DNA from: Camelus dromedarius
Taxonomy: Eukaryota
DNA: 64,000 bases
Reading direction: 5' to 3'
Assembly (NCBI RefSeq): GCF_036321535.1
Contig: NC_087436.1
Coordinates: 37,512,001-37,576,000, forward strand
Positions 35,709-50,610 of the stretch are shown here, in pieces. The notes beneath the pieces were generated by a model. The model had not been told where the DNA came from. It made no database searches and worked only from the letters and a program-made list of their open reading frames with translations. How positions within the stretch are numbered: position 1 is the first letter of the stretch; every line of letters starts with the position of its first letter. The position numbers and the translations under genes are program-made.

Positions 35709-38014
35709 CAACAAAGAAGTTTTCAAAGAAAAAAAATTATGTAAAAACATTCTTTAAATATACTTAATAAAATGTTTAAAAGGATGTGTACTAGTGTTTA
35801 TCAATAGAAACAATAACTCAAAAACAAGAGAAAAAAAAAAACCTCAGTGCCTACCAATAGAGGAATGACCAAGTAAATTATGCTACATCCATATTATCTA
35901 TATTTTCAAAGATTGTTTAATGCCACGTGTGGCAGGTGAAGTAATGCTAATAAAATGTGGAAGCTACACATTCAGGAATTTTCTCCTAATATGCAACCTG
36001 ATCCTCTCCATTCCCCATATGGTCTGTAAAAAGAAAATTCCTTTCTGTATCACTCCATAAAGAGTTACTTTTACATTCTCAGCTCACCAAAGTAGTCTTA
36101 ATATGTTTTTCTGCTTTATTGCTCTAAAATTCAACCTGAAGCCATTTAATGCTATGATCTATAAGACTAGCAGCCTCTTTAAATACAATGTTGAGAGGTT
36201 ATTGCTATTAGTAGAGTAAAAAAGCAGTTTCAGCTACTTTTCAAATGTAGTATTTATAGGTTTTATGAAGAGCACAAGACGTCTTGAAATGTTGAAACAA
36301 AAACAAACAACATCCATTAAAACCTATAGACTGGCAACGTGTTGTTCACTGCCCATGGGCTGTTTCAACAAATGTTTTTGGAGCTCCTACTGTGTGTCAG
36401 TGTTAGATATCCTCCTTCCATTTCAAGATCAAGAAAGTCCTTTCTATTCTGCATCAGGTAAGGCTGAGGCTGAGAAGAGTTAGCTGGCAAATGAGAGACT
36501 AGGTGAAAGAAAATCATAAAAATCAGTTGAATCTATAAGTTTTAAAAACATATGTAGCTTTACTGGCTTAGATCTCAAGTTCCTTTTCCTCTTGCTTCCC
36601 CCAAATTTTGTTTTCCAGAACTGAGATGATGATTTCTCTATAAAAGAAAAAAATCAGAAAGAGATGAAATTAAAAAAAAAAAACATTAAAATGCTCCATT
36701 TGAAATGAAATTGGGAGAAGACATGAGGAAATGAACTACCGTTCTGACTCTTCTGGTTTCTGGTCACTCTGCCAGTTTCCTTGGCTACTGCTATGTTTAC
36801 CAAACTGTGTTAGAAATATACATAAAGAAACTATTTTTAAAATTAATTTTTAATGAATTGGCAAAGGCAATTTAAAAATGGGGGATTTCAAGGAAGAAAC
36901 CCATCTAAGCAACCTACAATTATATCTCTTCTCTGTAAGGAGTAGGCATTTCAGTGCGATAATTTTCTGTCTAAACACCAAGCTGAGTGGTTTAAAAAAT
37001 AATCAAGGAATAATTTTTCATTTAGGATAGTAGATTACGTAACATCATTTATTTTCCCTCCCGAGATCCTACCAGAATGATAATAAAAGGAAACAAAATG
37101 TATGAATTCACAACAATGAAGAAAAAGAGAGGATAGTCACAGTGGATGAGAATTTTCAATAAATTTCTTGGAAATGAAAACTAGCCGTTGACTATGAGCA
37201 TCATTTTGAAACCTCGGGTAGTTATCAGTCAGATCTATTACTGTAACTATCTTTATAAATAATGAACGGTACCCTGCCTTCACTGACCAATCTCATTTTC
37301 ATTGCTTTTACAAAACTTGCATAACCTCCAAGTGTAGCCTTTGTTAGCAAACTAACTCCAGAGTAACCAAATAATTCAAGGTAACAAAAGAGAACTTAGA
37401 AATAAATTTAATTAGTATTCTCGTAAAGATTTAAGAAGATATTGCTTTTATAAAGCCATTAATAAAACATGTTCTGGAAACTAACAATGGGATTAATAAA
37501 GCTATGGGAAATTACAAAATAGATTGCTGGAATTAAAAATAGATAACTTACTCATCCTGGTTCCACATATTTAATAAGAGCCTTCACAAAGCTTCCTTCA
37601 AAAATATTTTCTAAAGTATGTTTGTATGGCAAACCTTGAGGCTATGCTTATCATTCAGAGTTTGGAGACAGATGGCACATTCAAACGGAGTAATTTTAGG
37701 TGAGATTAACCAAATTGAACATTTACAAAGAAGTGAACAGAGTACAGGAAAAAAGAGGAGTTAGTGCAGTACCAGCTGCTAAAAGCAAGGCCCTCTTCCC
37801 ACCCCCGGCTCTGAACAGGAGACCAGGGGGACTGAATACTGTCCTCTCCGTGAGTTTACAGAAAGGGAGGGTGTGCTCAAAGGGCAGAGCTGCCCCAGGT
37901 TACACTATGCCATCCTGGTTTGCTCCTTTCCCTCTCAGGCAAACCTAGCCTTCTTACTATGATGTTAGCTGAATTCCTTTTTCCAGAGTAGATAAAGACA
38001 TGCACATTTGTACC

Positions 38015-39200
38015 CTATCCATTTATTTATCCATCCAATATACATTTGCTGAATCACTTCTATATGCCAAATTTGCAAGATAGTTAGCTCTAGTTATGAT
38101 CGAGTCTGGTCCATAAAATAGGCTATATCTTTGGACCAAACTAACTTATCATCTTGAAAGCAAATGCATACCCATAACGTTACTAATAGCCATATTCTAA
38201 ATTTTCAAGAACATGATAAAGCTAGAATTTATGAAATGTGCAAAAAATAAAATATTCCTGCCTGTAAAATAGTAATGTATACTTTCAAAATGCAGCCTTA
38301 TTAAGTGCAAACTCCCAGACACAGCGAGCAGAGTTATCTCATGATTCCTGCCTTGATGTTTATTGTTACTCAAGGAGGCAGAATATGCATATAAAAAGAC
38401 AATTATCCCTAGACAACAAATGATATGTCAAGTAAGAGTTATAAATATTAGTATGGAAATTTAGAGAAGGTCCTGGAATAGTCAAGGAGACAGTAAGGAA
38501 ACTTGACAGTAAGAGATGAAATCTGAGGTACTTAGATCAGTCGTGGGGTTGGAATGACCTGGGGAAGAAAGAATGCTGTAGATAAGGAAAGTAGTGCAAA
38601 TAAAGATTTCTGGAGGTGGTGAGGGAGAACTTGGTAGAAATTCTAATAAGATGGCTTTAATGCAAAGACCTGTGCCATGAGTAGGGAATAGTGCTTGGAA
38701 GGTTAGATTGTGCATAAATTGCTCATAACAGTCAACTACGGGGAATACGTGAATACGAGATGATTGAAAGGGTTTCTAAGTAAGCAGGTGGGCCAGATTG
38801 AAGTAAAATCTCACAAGTTAGGCGTCTACCAAGGCAGCATGGTCTGATAACATTTTCTAATAATGCCAAAGGGTGAATGGTGTTGTCTGAGAAACTCAGA
38901 CCAGCAGAGAAAGTGAATAGAAAAAGAACAATAACTTAAGAGGTGTTTTCCTGAAAAAATATAACAGCTGTTCTATGTTTAATAATGGAAAAAATGATGA
39001 GAAAGCAGAAGAAAGAAGGAGAACTGATATGGATTTGTAAAGGAATGAATAGATACGAAAAGTTACCCCTCCAGCATCAGACACAGATACCAGGTGTGGA
39101 GGTAAGAGGTTAGGAGTGTTAGATGTGGCAGAGAAAACGTTGGAGGGACAGATTATTGTGAAGGGATGAGATTGAGGGCTATCTGTTATCATCTGAAAAT
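38015..39200 (-). mobile_element. Fragmented L2 LINE
   Basis: tccatttatttatccatccaatatacatttgctgaatcac tail, plus an L2-like purine-rich body at 38330-39200. Confidence 0.55.
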
Positions 39201-40242
39201 TTGATGTGGCTGAGTTCTGGACACCCTCGTCCCCTCATCACCTGCCTTGGGGCAGGAGGGGGAGGATTGTTTCTCTCCTTTGGGCTCAGACCTTGCTGGT
39301 AATAAGGTCCTCAGAGAATGGAATCTCACTGAGCCTTTCAAAATCTGGTAGGAGAAATGTTAGCTCTTAAGATTGCCTAAGAACTGATTAAAGTTTTGTG
39401 TTTCCATGGTTATATATAACATTCTTATCCTTGGCTGGCCTGTCATTAATACATGCCTATGTTACAACAGAGACAGAGTGAAATGTATGGCTGAATCACT
39501 TCCAAAATGTAACTATTTACTGGGGGTGGGCAGAGTAAGTAAAAGCACATATTTTCATTTTTCCTTTGTCATCTTCCTTTCGGAAGGACAGACTATTATT
39601 GTCTGCATTTCTCCCTGAAACACTCAGCCTGAATTGACTTCTCTCCCAATGTTTAAGGCATTTTTGCCCAGAGCATTTGTCCCTGGCAATTTGTCCTGCT
39701 CTGCCTTCTGTTGTTGACTTAGATCTTGTTAGTTTTTGGATCCTCAGATAACACTTATAAATACAGGCAGATTTCTGTAAACGTGAGGGGTTGGGTGGGC
39801 TGCCTACTTGGCTCTACCCAGTCTGGATACCACAGTCTGAATAACCACAAATGTATGAATAAATGCGGCAGTCTTTTTCAGCGAGTCATCACATTTTCAG
39901 TCAGTCAATAGTAACCCCATCCATGGTGGGTGAAAAAACCCATTTTGTGCTGCGTCACATCGCTCTGGCCTCACGGTCTTCTCCACCGAGGCTTCCCACT
40001 CTTGTTTTGAGGCCCATGTTTGTAGGTTAGCAGCTTTGGTTTATTTTATTTGTTATAAATGTTGAGTTCCGTATTTTAACACCCTTGGCCTCACCCTGCC
40101 ACCTGCACCACAGAAGGGCTGTGGTGTATGCTATATAGTTCTTTCTCTTTTATCTGAGTATACTATTTCTGTGAGTTTTCTATAGATACCAGTAATTTTC
40201 TGCTCTGGTGACAGCAATGACTGAAAGATGTAAAAGCCCTGC

Positions 40243-40750
40243 AGTGGGCATCTGGTGTTTATGGGCTTTGCCATACTGAACATTCAACCTTTTTATGGTA
40301 AACATTTCCTTTGGGAAACCACCCTTTCTCCAGCTTAGACTATGGCATTTGGCTGGAATTGTCTCTACTCACAACTCCAGGAATGTTTCATGACTAGTGT
40401 AAGCCACAGTGGTTGGTTTAGGAATGGGTGTACAGTCCGATTCCGGCCAATGAGAGTCAGCCCTTGGACATTTTTGCTAACTTTGAAATAGAAAAGCCCT
40501 TATTTTTCTTGCTGGACTCAGGACAAACGCTGAGGCCGCCATCTTGTGCATAAACCAAACAGTGACTTAAGGGTAAGGCCTCTGCTGAAGAAGTGAGGCA
40601 CAAGACAGAAGAAGAGAAACCAGGACACGGCTCAAGATTTACTAAGGGAAATCAGCTCCTGGAATGCTCAAATATGTGTGTCAGTAAGTTCAATTTCAAG
40701 TAGCTTAAGCTACTTACAATTTTTTTTTGTCACTTGCAACTGAAAAAATA
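40243..40750 (+). mobile_element. Old ERVL/MaLR-class LTR
   Basis: ttggtttaggaatggg...ggccaatgagagtcagccct...gccatcttg...ttgtcacttgcaactgaaa terminus. Confidence 0.65.
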
Positions 40751-40854
40751 TGTCATTGAATGGATAAAGCTGCTTTAAACATCTGTGTGGAGGTTTCATG
40801 TGGATATACACCTTCCCTGTGCCCTATCCCCACTTCTTGTCTAGTTAGTCATCT

Positions 40855-41060
40855 GTGGAATTGTGAAAGAACATGGGCAAAGGTCATATCCTTGGGTTCA
40901 CTTCCCACCTTTGCCATTTGTTTGCTGAATTGACATGAGTCAGTCTTTTCATCCCTTTGAATCTCACCTTTTTATTTATAGAATGAGGCTAGAGTATAAT
41001 GATTCAATGAGATTGTGTGGTTAAAAGTTTAAAAACCTAAAGCTCAGAAATGTAAAGTAT
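40855..41060 (+). mobile_element. MIR SINE
   Basis: tgtggaattgtgaaagaacatggg...ctttgaatctcacctttttatttatagaatgagg. Confidence 0.6.
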
Positions 41061-42701
41061 ATTATATATTAATTTATTTGCTTTAAATAAATTTAAAAAT
41101 TAATAAAATTAAATCTCACTACAGAGTCTCCATTTTACCAGGTTGGTGAGAAATTTAGTTTAAACATGAGTCACTGGTTAACTCCTTCTGAAAATATTAA
41201 TTTATTTAGAGTTTGCTGTTTTGCAAATTTTTACCGTATTATACAGGTTTAATTTCAAATGCATACTCAGTTAGAACTAAGTTTTTCCAGGAACATGATT
41301 TTCTTTTAAAAGGACAAAGTAGACACATAACTAAAGAATGTTAAAAGAAGAAGACTATAAACTTTCTTTTGGTTAAAAAAAATAGAGATTTGGGGTTCAT
41401 AATAAAAAATAAAGGCATTATGTAAATAAATAATTTAAATTGGAATAACAAGCCTATTTTTATCTCCAATAACTGTTTTGTGTCATTTATCTTACAATCG
41501 CCTTACTTTTACAGATCATTGAGAATATAAAAATCAAGACCTAAAAGGAAAGCAGATAGTCTTATCTGTCCATTGAAATTCAAATACTGCTTTCCTCAGA
41601 TTATATATCTTTATTGCCTCACGTTTGGAAAGATATAGTGGAAAGAACAGTAAATAGATAAACTCCTTTATTTCTGGTATTAGAATGCAAGTATATTTAA
41701 ATTACAATTGTGCTTGATGTTGTGATTGTGTTTAATGTTGGGGTTTTTATAACTTTACCAAAGCAGTGAAGGTGTCTTTTATGTTCCCATTAATTTACTG
41801 TGTTTATTAAGTGCCTATGGTGGGTAAAACGCTGGGCATGCCATAGAGAACAGATGCTCACACCGGGAGCTTATAGTCTGTACTGGTGTAAGGGAGGGAG
41901 AAACAAATCAAGTAAAATGGGCAAATTAAAAGAACAATACAGTGCTAAAGAGAAATCAGCTGGTTTGGAATTGAGGCAGAGGCTATGCTGGAGATGGTAG
42001 GAATAGGAATCAGGAAATCAGGATAAACCAATGACAGAACTGATCATAAATTTAAAGGGAAAAGGCCTTAAATGACTAGACATATTTTTGAAAAGTATTT
42101 AGTACTTTTAGTCAGAAGCTGATTGATGGGATATTGAGTTTCTATGCCCTAAAAATTTCTCCAGATGTGTTTTTTTCTGTCTTCTATCAATTTCTATTAA
42201 TTTCCTATTATTCTGTCTCATGATTCTTCTGAAGTATTTTTCCTTTATGTTTTATGCATAAGAACGATTGTTCAATTTTTAAATTAAGATGGACACTTTT
42301 CCAATTGGAACTTGGCTAAACTCTCCTGCTTACATTTTACTCTATAGACTTTTTCTTATGTTCTCTGTGAATATAATAAATATATAAAAAAATATAATAG
42401 AGGATATAACTATAGCAATATATAAACAAATAAGTGCAAGTAATAAACCTTAACATATCATGCTGTTGTGAGGATTAAGAAAACATTTATGTACTTAATT
42501 ATTCCATTTATAGTCGTTTCCTCCCTTCAGAATTATACCTTTGAAATTTTTTAAGAACTCACTTATTCCAAGAAATTATTTCTGGGAACTGAAAAGTTTG
42601 AAATACTTAACTCTTTTCTGACTGAGAAAGGGAAGAAACTCTCCAAAGGAGCATGTTAAGATTTAGATTTGGTTCCTTTTCATAATAGTAAGAAAAAAGT
42701 C

Positions 42702-42726
42702 TTTTTTTTTTTTTTTTTTTTTTTTT
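42702..42726. repeat. poly(T) tract
   Basis: Run of about 25 T. Confidence 0.9.
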
Positions 42727-42789
42727 GATGTTTAGCAAAAGATGTTTGCCTTTGGTTTTAAAACCAAAAGCTCTTTGTAAAAAGACTGG

Positions 42790-44668
42790 AATTTTTATTG
42801 CAATGTATTTCACATACCTTAAAATTAACCATTTAAAACCATGAAACTCAGTAGTTTTCAATACATTCACAAAGTTTTTGATTTTGATGAAATCAAATTT
42901 ATCTATTTTCTTTGGTTACTTGTGTTTTATGTGATATATGAAAAAAAAATCATCTAATCCAAAGTAACAGTGATTTATATCTAAGTTTTCTTCGAAGAGT
43001 TTTAGCTCCTTTAGATCATTTCTATCTTCAATTGATTTTGAGTAGGAGTCCAAATTCTTTCTTTTGCATATAGATATTCAGTTGTCCCAGAGCACTTATT
43101 GAAAAGACTATTCTTCCCCTGATTGACTGGTTTTAGCACATTTATCAATAATCAACTGACCAGGGATGTTTCGATTTACTTCTGGACCCTCAATTTTATT
43201 CCATTGATGTATATGTTCGTTTTTATGCCAATACCACACTGTCTTGATTAATGTAGCTTTGTAATAAGTTTTGATATCTGAAAGCATGAGTACTCGTACT
43301 TTGTTCTTTCTTTTCAAAATTGTTTTGGCTATTCTGGGTCCCTTGCATAGCCATATAAATTTTAGAATGCTTGTCAATTTCTGCAAAAAAAATGTAGTTG
43401 GAATTTTGATGAAGATTGCATTAAATCTGTACATCAGCTTCAGTAGTATTGCCGTCTTAACGATATTAAGTCTTTCAGGTTCATGAGCACAGGATCCCTA
43501 TTTGTTTAATGTCTTCTTTAATTTATTTCAACAATGTTTCATAGTTTTCAGTGTACTAATATTGTACTTCTTTTACTAAATTTTTTCCTAAGTATTTTAT
43601 GCTTTTGATGTGATTATAAATGGAATTAAAATTTTCTTCTGGTTGGTCATTGCTGCTGTATAGATATTCAACTGATTTTTGTATATTGATCTTGCATCCT
43701 GCCATCTTGTTGAATTATTAGCTTAAAATTTTTTTTTTGGTGGATTCCTAGGATTTTTCATGCATAATAGCATGTCTTTTGTGAATAGAAGTCATTTTGC
43801 TTTTTCATTTCCAATCTAGATTTCTTTTATTTCTTTTTTCTTATCTAGTTGCCCTGGCTAGAACCTCTAGAACAATGTTGAATAGAAGTGATAAGAATGG
43901 ATAACTTGTCCATTCTTCTTTCTGATTTGGAGGGAAAGTGTTCAACATACTTTATGGTGAAATGTTTAGAGTATTTCACCATAAAGTATGATATTAAGTG
44001 TAGGTTTTTTATTAATGTCCTTTATCAGATTGGATAAGTTCCCTTCTATTCCTATAATATCTAGTGAGATGTTCATATGGTTTTGTCCTTTATTCAACTA
44101 ATATGAGGTTTTACATTGATTGATTTTCATGTGTTGTACCAATCTTGCATTCCTGAAATAAATTCTACTTAGCCAATAATAAATAATCCTTATATGTTGC
44201 CGAGTTTAGTTTACTAGTGTTTTGTTGAAGATTTTTGCATATATATTCACAAGGGATATTGGTATGTAATTTTCTTTTCTTATGATGTCTTTGTGTGATT
44301 TTCCTGTTAGGGTAATATTGGCCTCCTGAAATGCATTGGGAAGTTGTTCCTCCTCTTCTATTTTGGTTTTGCCTTGTTTTTGAAAGCATCTGCAAATATG
44401 TTAATTTCTCTTTAAATATTTATTAGTAGAACTCACCAATGAAGCCATCTGGACCTGGGCTTTTTTTTAAATTACTAATTCAATCTGTTCACTTATTATA
44501 GGTCTATTCAGATTTTCTATTTCTTCTTAAATCAGTTTCAGTAGTTTGTGTATTTTTAGGAATTTGTTAATTTCATATAATTTAGTTAATTTTTGGCATA
44601 TGCTTTTTTATAGTATTCCCTTCTGATTCTCTTTATTTCTGTAAATTCATAGTAATATCCCACTTTCC
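42790..44668 (-). mobile_element. L1 (L1MB-like): 3' end plus decayed ORF2
   Basis: Minus ORF 43108-43434 YRFNAIFIKIP..ILKFIW..KGPRIAKTILK..YYKATLIKTVWYWHK is L1 ORF2. L1MB-like 3' terminus at 42790-42875. Confidence 0.95.
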
Positions 44669-44871
44669 ATTTTACTACATAGACCAATAGAACTGAATAC
44701 AGTAATAACATCTTCAGTTTCCCGGCAGTAGGCAGGAGTCCACTAAAAGCACATGGTTGTTGATTTTTATCCTAAATTTTCTGAAAATGAGCCATACTTC
44801 TTCCTCAGAAATTTTTCTTTACAGTTACTCACATTTTCTATTATTAATCTGATTTATTGCTCTGTCATCCT

Positions 44872-45250
44872 GTGTCAGTTGGGGTTCAGTTACCTGCTAC
44901 AGAACACATAGACTCTAGCCTAGTGTGTTTAAGCAAAACAAGTCTGTTTTTTTGTTTTTTTTTTTTTAAGCCAGATTTTGGCACCTAACTTTGGTGGGTA
45001 GGGAATTAGGAGGCCAATCCCCACTGCTGGTTCCAGGATCACACCACTTCCACCATGATTCATTCCACGAAAATGATGTCCCATGTTCTGTTTAACAATG
45101 GATAATGAGGAACTTGGGCCTGGGACCCCTGCAGGAGCTTCCACAAAAAAGCCAAATGTTTCATGACTATCTTTACCAGCAGGATCCAATTTTTGCCCAC
45201 CCTGTTTTTATTAATTCTCAAGGTAGTATTCTTGGGATGCACTCAGGTTT
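44872..45250 (-). mobile_element. Old MLT1-like LTR
   Basis: tgtgtcagttggggttcagttacctgctacagaac...gtgtttaagcaaaac. Confidence 0.5.
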
Positions 45251-48200
45251 CTTAATGCTTTTATTATCGTTTACTTTAGTCACCATAACTTGAGCCACTT
45301 AGAAATGTAGACAAAGTTGAAAAGTAATTTTCTTTTCAGATGAAATTATCTGTTTCTAGTAGGTACCTTTTAAAATGTGTTCTTTGTTTCTTTCAGGTTT
45401 CATATGTCTTTAGAGACTTTCTATTGCATTCTTCTTCATATAACTCTTATTTACATAATTGCTAATGCTTGCATATTTTGTTCCCTGAGTTCAAGTTTAC
45501 TTCTGTTCCCTTGCTACATCATCATTATACATTTCTGAGATGAAAAGTACATATATTTTCCAGGTATTTGGAAGAAGAATGTCTACATTTAAAATGTCTG
45601 TAACTATAATGATACAATGCTAGAAAAACAAGTACTTACTTGAAACCAAAAGGAAAGGGAAAAATATGACAAAGGAAAATCTATAATAAAAAACTATAAT
45701 CTTTACTGAAATCAGTGAGGAAAATTGCCAACTAAGAACCTTGAATGAAGGGTAATTTTCAACAATTTGTTCTCTTTTGACTTAAATCTGTTTGTGTTAT
45801 GGTATGAAATGAAAGACTCATGGATTTGAAAAGCAATATTCTGTATTGAGATTCTTAGAACACAATTGTATAAATCTTTCTCTTGTTCTCTTCATTCTGC
45901 CTAGATATATACTTTACACTCATTGCCCATTCTTTTCATTAAAAATGTCGTCTCTAGCTTAATCTACCTATGTCCAAGTTTGTTTGCATGAAGTCTCCTG
46001 TCAGTTCTCTTTTTTTATTATGAATCATTTTTGGTGAACAGTATACACAGAGAAAAGTACACAGGTTGTGAGCATGAGGCTAGACAAATGAAACTGACTT
46101 TAGTATTTTTTTAATACTGATGCTATGTTGGCATTATTATAAACTATACACCATGTTTCCTTATCGAGTGAAATCCTGGCATATCATAGAAAATAACTGT
46201 CAAACAGCATATATTTAAATACCTCAAAACTTGATTATTTTTTGAATTTCCAAGGGGATCAATTACTACTTAGAACCTTTGAAAAATTAGAAAATACCTA
46301 ACAATATCATTTTCAGAGCCACTGGATGACCTATCTGGAAAGCATTTACAAGTGTTATATGACTGGATCCTCCCTGAAAGGTGGAGACTGAAGCTGAGTG
46401 AGATTCATAGACAGAGAACTGGATAAGATCTGACTCCGAAGCCTGCCCTCTCTCCATGCACCAGGGTGCTCAGCCGCTGCACACAAGATGAATTTTGGGT
46501 GGTTTATCTTAATGTATCTAGAAAAAGTACAATGATTATATCAAGCTTGTGACTCCTCAGATATACTTGCATAGGACAATGGTTAAGTTAAATTATTCAG
46601 TAGATTTTTATAAAACATTAAGCAAATATTAGGCTTGAATGTGGTGTAAGAATGAGTGAAGTTTTGGGAAACACCGTCCACCACCAGCCACCCTTACTAA
46701 ACAAAACTGCCTCTGAAATGACAGCAAAAAGGAGTTTGGTGAACCACAGAAAGAACTCTTAGGCTGAAACCATGTGAGGTCAGCACTGAAGACGGGCTTA
46801 CTCCCTCCATTTCCACTGAGTGGAATGGACCTTACTGCACCCTGTGGTCTGGAAGCTGAAGACTACATTTCCCACGTGACTTTAGAGATCAGGTTCCCTG
46901 TGATCTCGCATCACCCTGGGATGTAGGAGACACATCTATCACACCTATTTATCCACCTTCTAAACTGTCATTTTATAATCTCTTAGGAGCAAAAATGAAA
47001 TTCAGCAGGAAATCTGCTGCTGGCACTGCCTCTGCAGGGAAGCTGGGCTATGGGAGCATTTGGTTTTCCATGTGAGCTGTAGCCGGAGTTTCCTTGATTC
47101 ATGCCCATCAGTAACGTATTTCACCTCTATGTGTGTCATCACACAGAGTTAGGGTTAGGTTAAAGGTAACAGAATACATCTAGTCAGTTCATGTAAAAGA
47201 AAAGAGGTTAATTAGCAGTTTAGGGATGATTTCCAACAATTTTGGAAGGGCTGGAGGAGGAGGCTCTAGGCTGAATTTGCAGGAATTATTCTCATATAAT
47301 ATAAATGACCTGACTAGAAGAGGCTTCCTCTGGGAGATGAGGAATCAAGAGACCAACACCACCGCTGTTAGTTCCAGGCCCTCATCTCTTGTATCATGAT
47401 CCATGTACTACATGGATTGTGATGGGTTCATTCCAAATGTATTATTTTCTCTAGTTTATTTTCATATCTTTTTCACAGTTTAAAACAAACTGTGGATAAT
47501 GAAAAATCCAGAGCTTCCCTTGAAATGTAAAGATAACATTAGCCTACCAAATGCCTGCATAAAATACACTGTAAAGTGCTACACTTAAAAACAATTACAC
47601 TATTCCTCTCCTTCCCCCCCAAATCCAACCTCCAACGCTGCGTCGGTTTTTTCACACACTGTTCTGTAGATGGCGCCATTGCTGCACAGCGCCAGGTCGC
47701 TTTACAGAAGAGCTGGCCTTTGAGAGGATTTGAAACAGGTTAATTTTAAGGATCTGTCTGGACTCTGGCTTATGGTTGGGTCAGAGCTAAGCATTTTCAA
47801 ATTTGGTCTGTGGTTAGATGTTGGCGAGGTGCCTCTCCTGTCTGAGATGTTAAAGTTAAAACAAGCTTGGAGGTTACAATCCATGGGTAGGTTTGTTAGC
47901 AAGAGAGAAGGTACAGTTCAATGAGATGCTCTTGACCACGAGGTTCATGTCTTATTTCCCTCTTTCCAGGGGTCCCCTGGGCTGGTATAAAAACATGCCA
48001 CCCTACTCAAGAGGTTATCTTCATCTGGGGGAGGGTGGGTGAGGACAGTTGCCTGGGAGAGGAAGACATGACAGTGAGGGAGGTGTTTTTCATTTTCATA
48101 CAAACTCATCCTTTTTCTTCCTCTCGTTCAGGTGCCATTTCTTATCTTAGTAACAAAACATTGTGTCTCTTTCTGACGTTTGCTTTACGAAATAAATTAT

Positions 48201-48559
48201 TCCCCTCAAACTTTATTTTTGGAAGAAAAATTAAATTAATTATGAACGTGAGCAATAAAGCCCAAGTAAAGAATAAATTCCGAGATGCATCATCCTATTC
48301 AGAAAGCTGGACAATGTAACTGCGTTCCTTTCAACTCTCAAAATCCTCCAGCAAATCTGAAAATACGTGGAAGAATAATATTTTCCAGAAAACCCCAGGA
48401 ACTTAGAAATCAGTCTGAGTGACATGTTTGTGAAAGCATGCCGTCACATTAGTAACATACCCAGGCTGATAGCTAGCCCTATCAAACAGGCATGCTCAGT
48501 AGAGAGTCACCCAGCGATGATTCTGTGGGTCAGTTCTTTGGAGGAAAAGTCTGTTTTCT

Positions 48560-48815
48560 TTCTAACACTAGGGCCAGCAGTGTGCTTCAGAGAAACTAGG
48601 TTGTACAGCACAGGTACATTTTCAGTAGGTAGAAACCTTTGTTTGTTTGTATTTTTAAAACAAACAACATAGCCTGGAAGAGTGATTTCTCTATCTTAAA
48701 ACAAAAATTTCCTCAGCCCCACCCACAGATTGTGATGCAGTGAGGTTTGAGGCCAGACTTGAGAATCTGTATTCCTAAATACTCTATAAATCACTCCAAG
48801 AGTTTGGTGGAAGCC
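48560..48815. mobile_element. MER5-type hAT MITE
   Basis: ttcctcagccccacccacagattgtgatgcagtgaggtttgagg...gagaatctgtattcctaa. Confidence 0.55.
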
Positions 48816-49439
48816 TGGCCCACAGAAAATGAATAAGAAAACTGATACTAGAAACCAGAAAGAGCATGGCTACACTCCCAGTACTTGTGAGAAGATACAA
48901 AACACTGTGCATTTACAAAACTGGAAACGGATGAAAGGATGGGCTGAGGGTGAGAAGCGGAGATTTGGATTTCAAAACTCTGAAATCTCAATCCTTTTAC
49001 TGCCTTCTGATGGCCCCTTCATCAACATTACTTTCTCTCTCAAGTTCTTTTTAATACACCAAGAGTAGAACCATGCTCATCTTCTGATGATATCTAGGAA
49101 AGGAACAGTATATGCTTATGATAAAAAGTAGTAATCTTTGTGCTGGCCAGATTCGTTAGAAGCTGAGCTCTTTGGCTATCAGAAGTCCTGCCCACTTATG
49201 TGACTTGGTGTTGTAAACTTGGTAACGTAAAATGTCATGTGAATTGAGAAGGTGGTGGGAGTGTATAATATCAGTTGACTGACAGAGAACAATAGTCCCC
49301 CGTTGTGGCGCACTGATGTGGAGTGGGACAGAACATAAAGGTGTTGTTTCTAACAGTGTATTAAAATAACATGAAAAATCCAGAGCAGAAGCTCTTAGTT
49401 CAAATAGTTCAACCTTGTATTAAAAAACAAGTCAGAGTC

Positions 49440-50610
49440 ATGTGGTTCTTTTATTCTTTACCAATGAAGGATACTACTACTTTTTGCATAAGTCACATTT
49501 TATTATTGCACTTTATCTCCTTTATTAACTCTTTTTTTGTTATACACTTTTGTATCACTATTTTAGAGATTGCTCTAGAAATTACAAAATGCAACTATGA
49601 CTGCAGTGTACTTTTACTATGTCCTAAATACTGCAGGGAGATCATCATCGTTTAACTGCATTTATCCCCTTACTATCATTTTTGTGATTGTTGTTGTACT
49701 TTTTTTCCTTCTGCATAAGTTATAAACTCTTGAACTTCTGTTCTTGTACTTCTGTTTTGTTGCTTTTTTAATCTGGGACCATTATTCTTCAATGTGGAAA
49801 AAAACTCTTCCATATTTCTTCTGTTGTAGATCTACTAGAAACAGTTCTCTCAGCTTTGGTTTTCTGATAAAGTCTTTCTTTTTTCTTCATTTCTTGATGA
49901 ATGTTTTCACTCTGTATAGAACCCTAGGTTAGAAGGTTGTTTTGTTTTTCTCATTCAAATTCTTTAATAATGCCTTCTGGTATATAGATTTGGCCAGTAG
50001 AATTTCTTTACATTATTTTTCTGAAGGTAATGTGTTTTTTTCTATGTTTTAAAGATTTTCTTTTATTATTCATTTTTAGAATAATTAGTACTAAAGTTTT
50101 CTTTGTACTTGTCTGGCTTGGAGTCTACTGAATTTCTTGAATCTGTGGGTAATTTTTCATCAGATTTGAAAGCTTTTGGCCAAAATTTCTTCAAGTAGCT
50201 CTTTTGTTTCAATCTCTCTCCTCTTGTTTCGGGACTCCAGTTATATGTATGTTAGATGTTTCAGTCATGTCTTATATCTCTTGTATGTTTTATTTTGTTC
50301 CTACTATTTCTTTTTTCTGTCTGGGCTTCTTGAGTATGTTCTATTGACCCATTTGGCACTACAAATACTGTCTTCTATGTTCCACCTGTTCTATATTTTG
50401 CATTTCTAGACTGTTTTTTAATTCTTTTTTTATGGATTCTAATTCCCTATTGTAACCTTCCATCTTTTCATCCATTTTGTCCATGTTTCCCTCTATACTC
50501 TTAAATTTATTAATCATGGTTTATTAAAGTCTTAACCTGCTAACTACAACTTCCTGGATCATCTTAAATCTGGTGTCTGCTGGCCATTTTATCTCATGTC
50601 TCTTTTGGAT
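49440..50610 (-). mobile_element. Old L1 ORF1-region fragment
   Basis: T-rich sequence with tgaatttcttgaatctgtggg...ttttcatcagatttgaaagcttttggccaaaatttcttcaa...gggactccagttatatgtatgttaga, typical of antisense L1 ORF1. Confidence 0.8.

Noticed and set aside
43108..43434. 108-aa minus ORF as a gene
   Set aside because: It is a fragment of decayed L1 ORF2.
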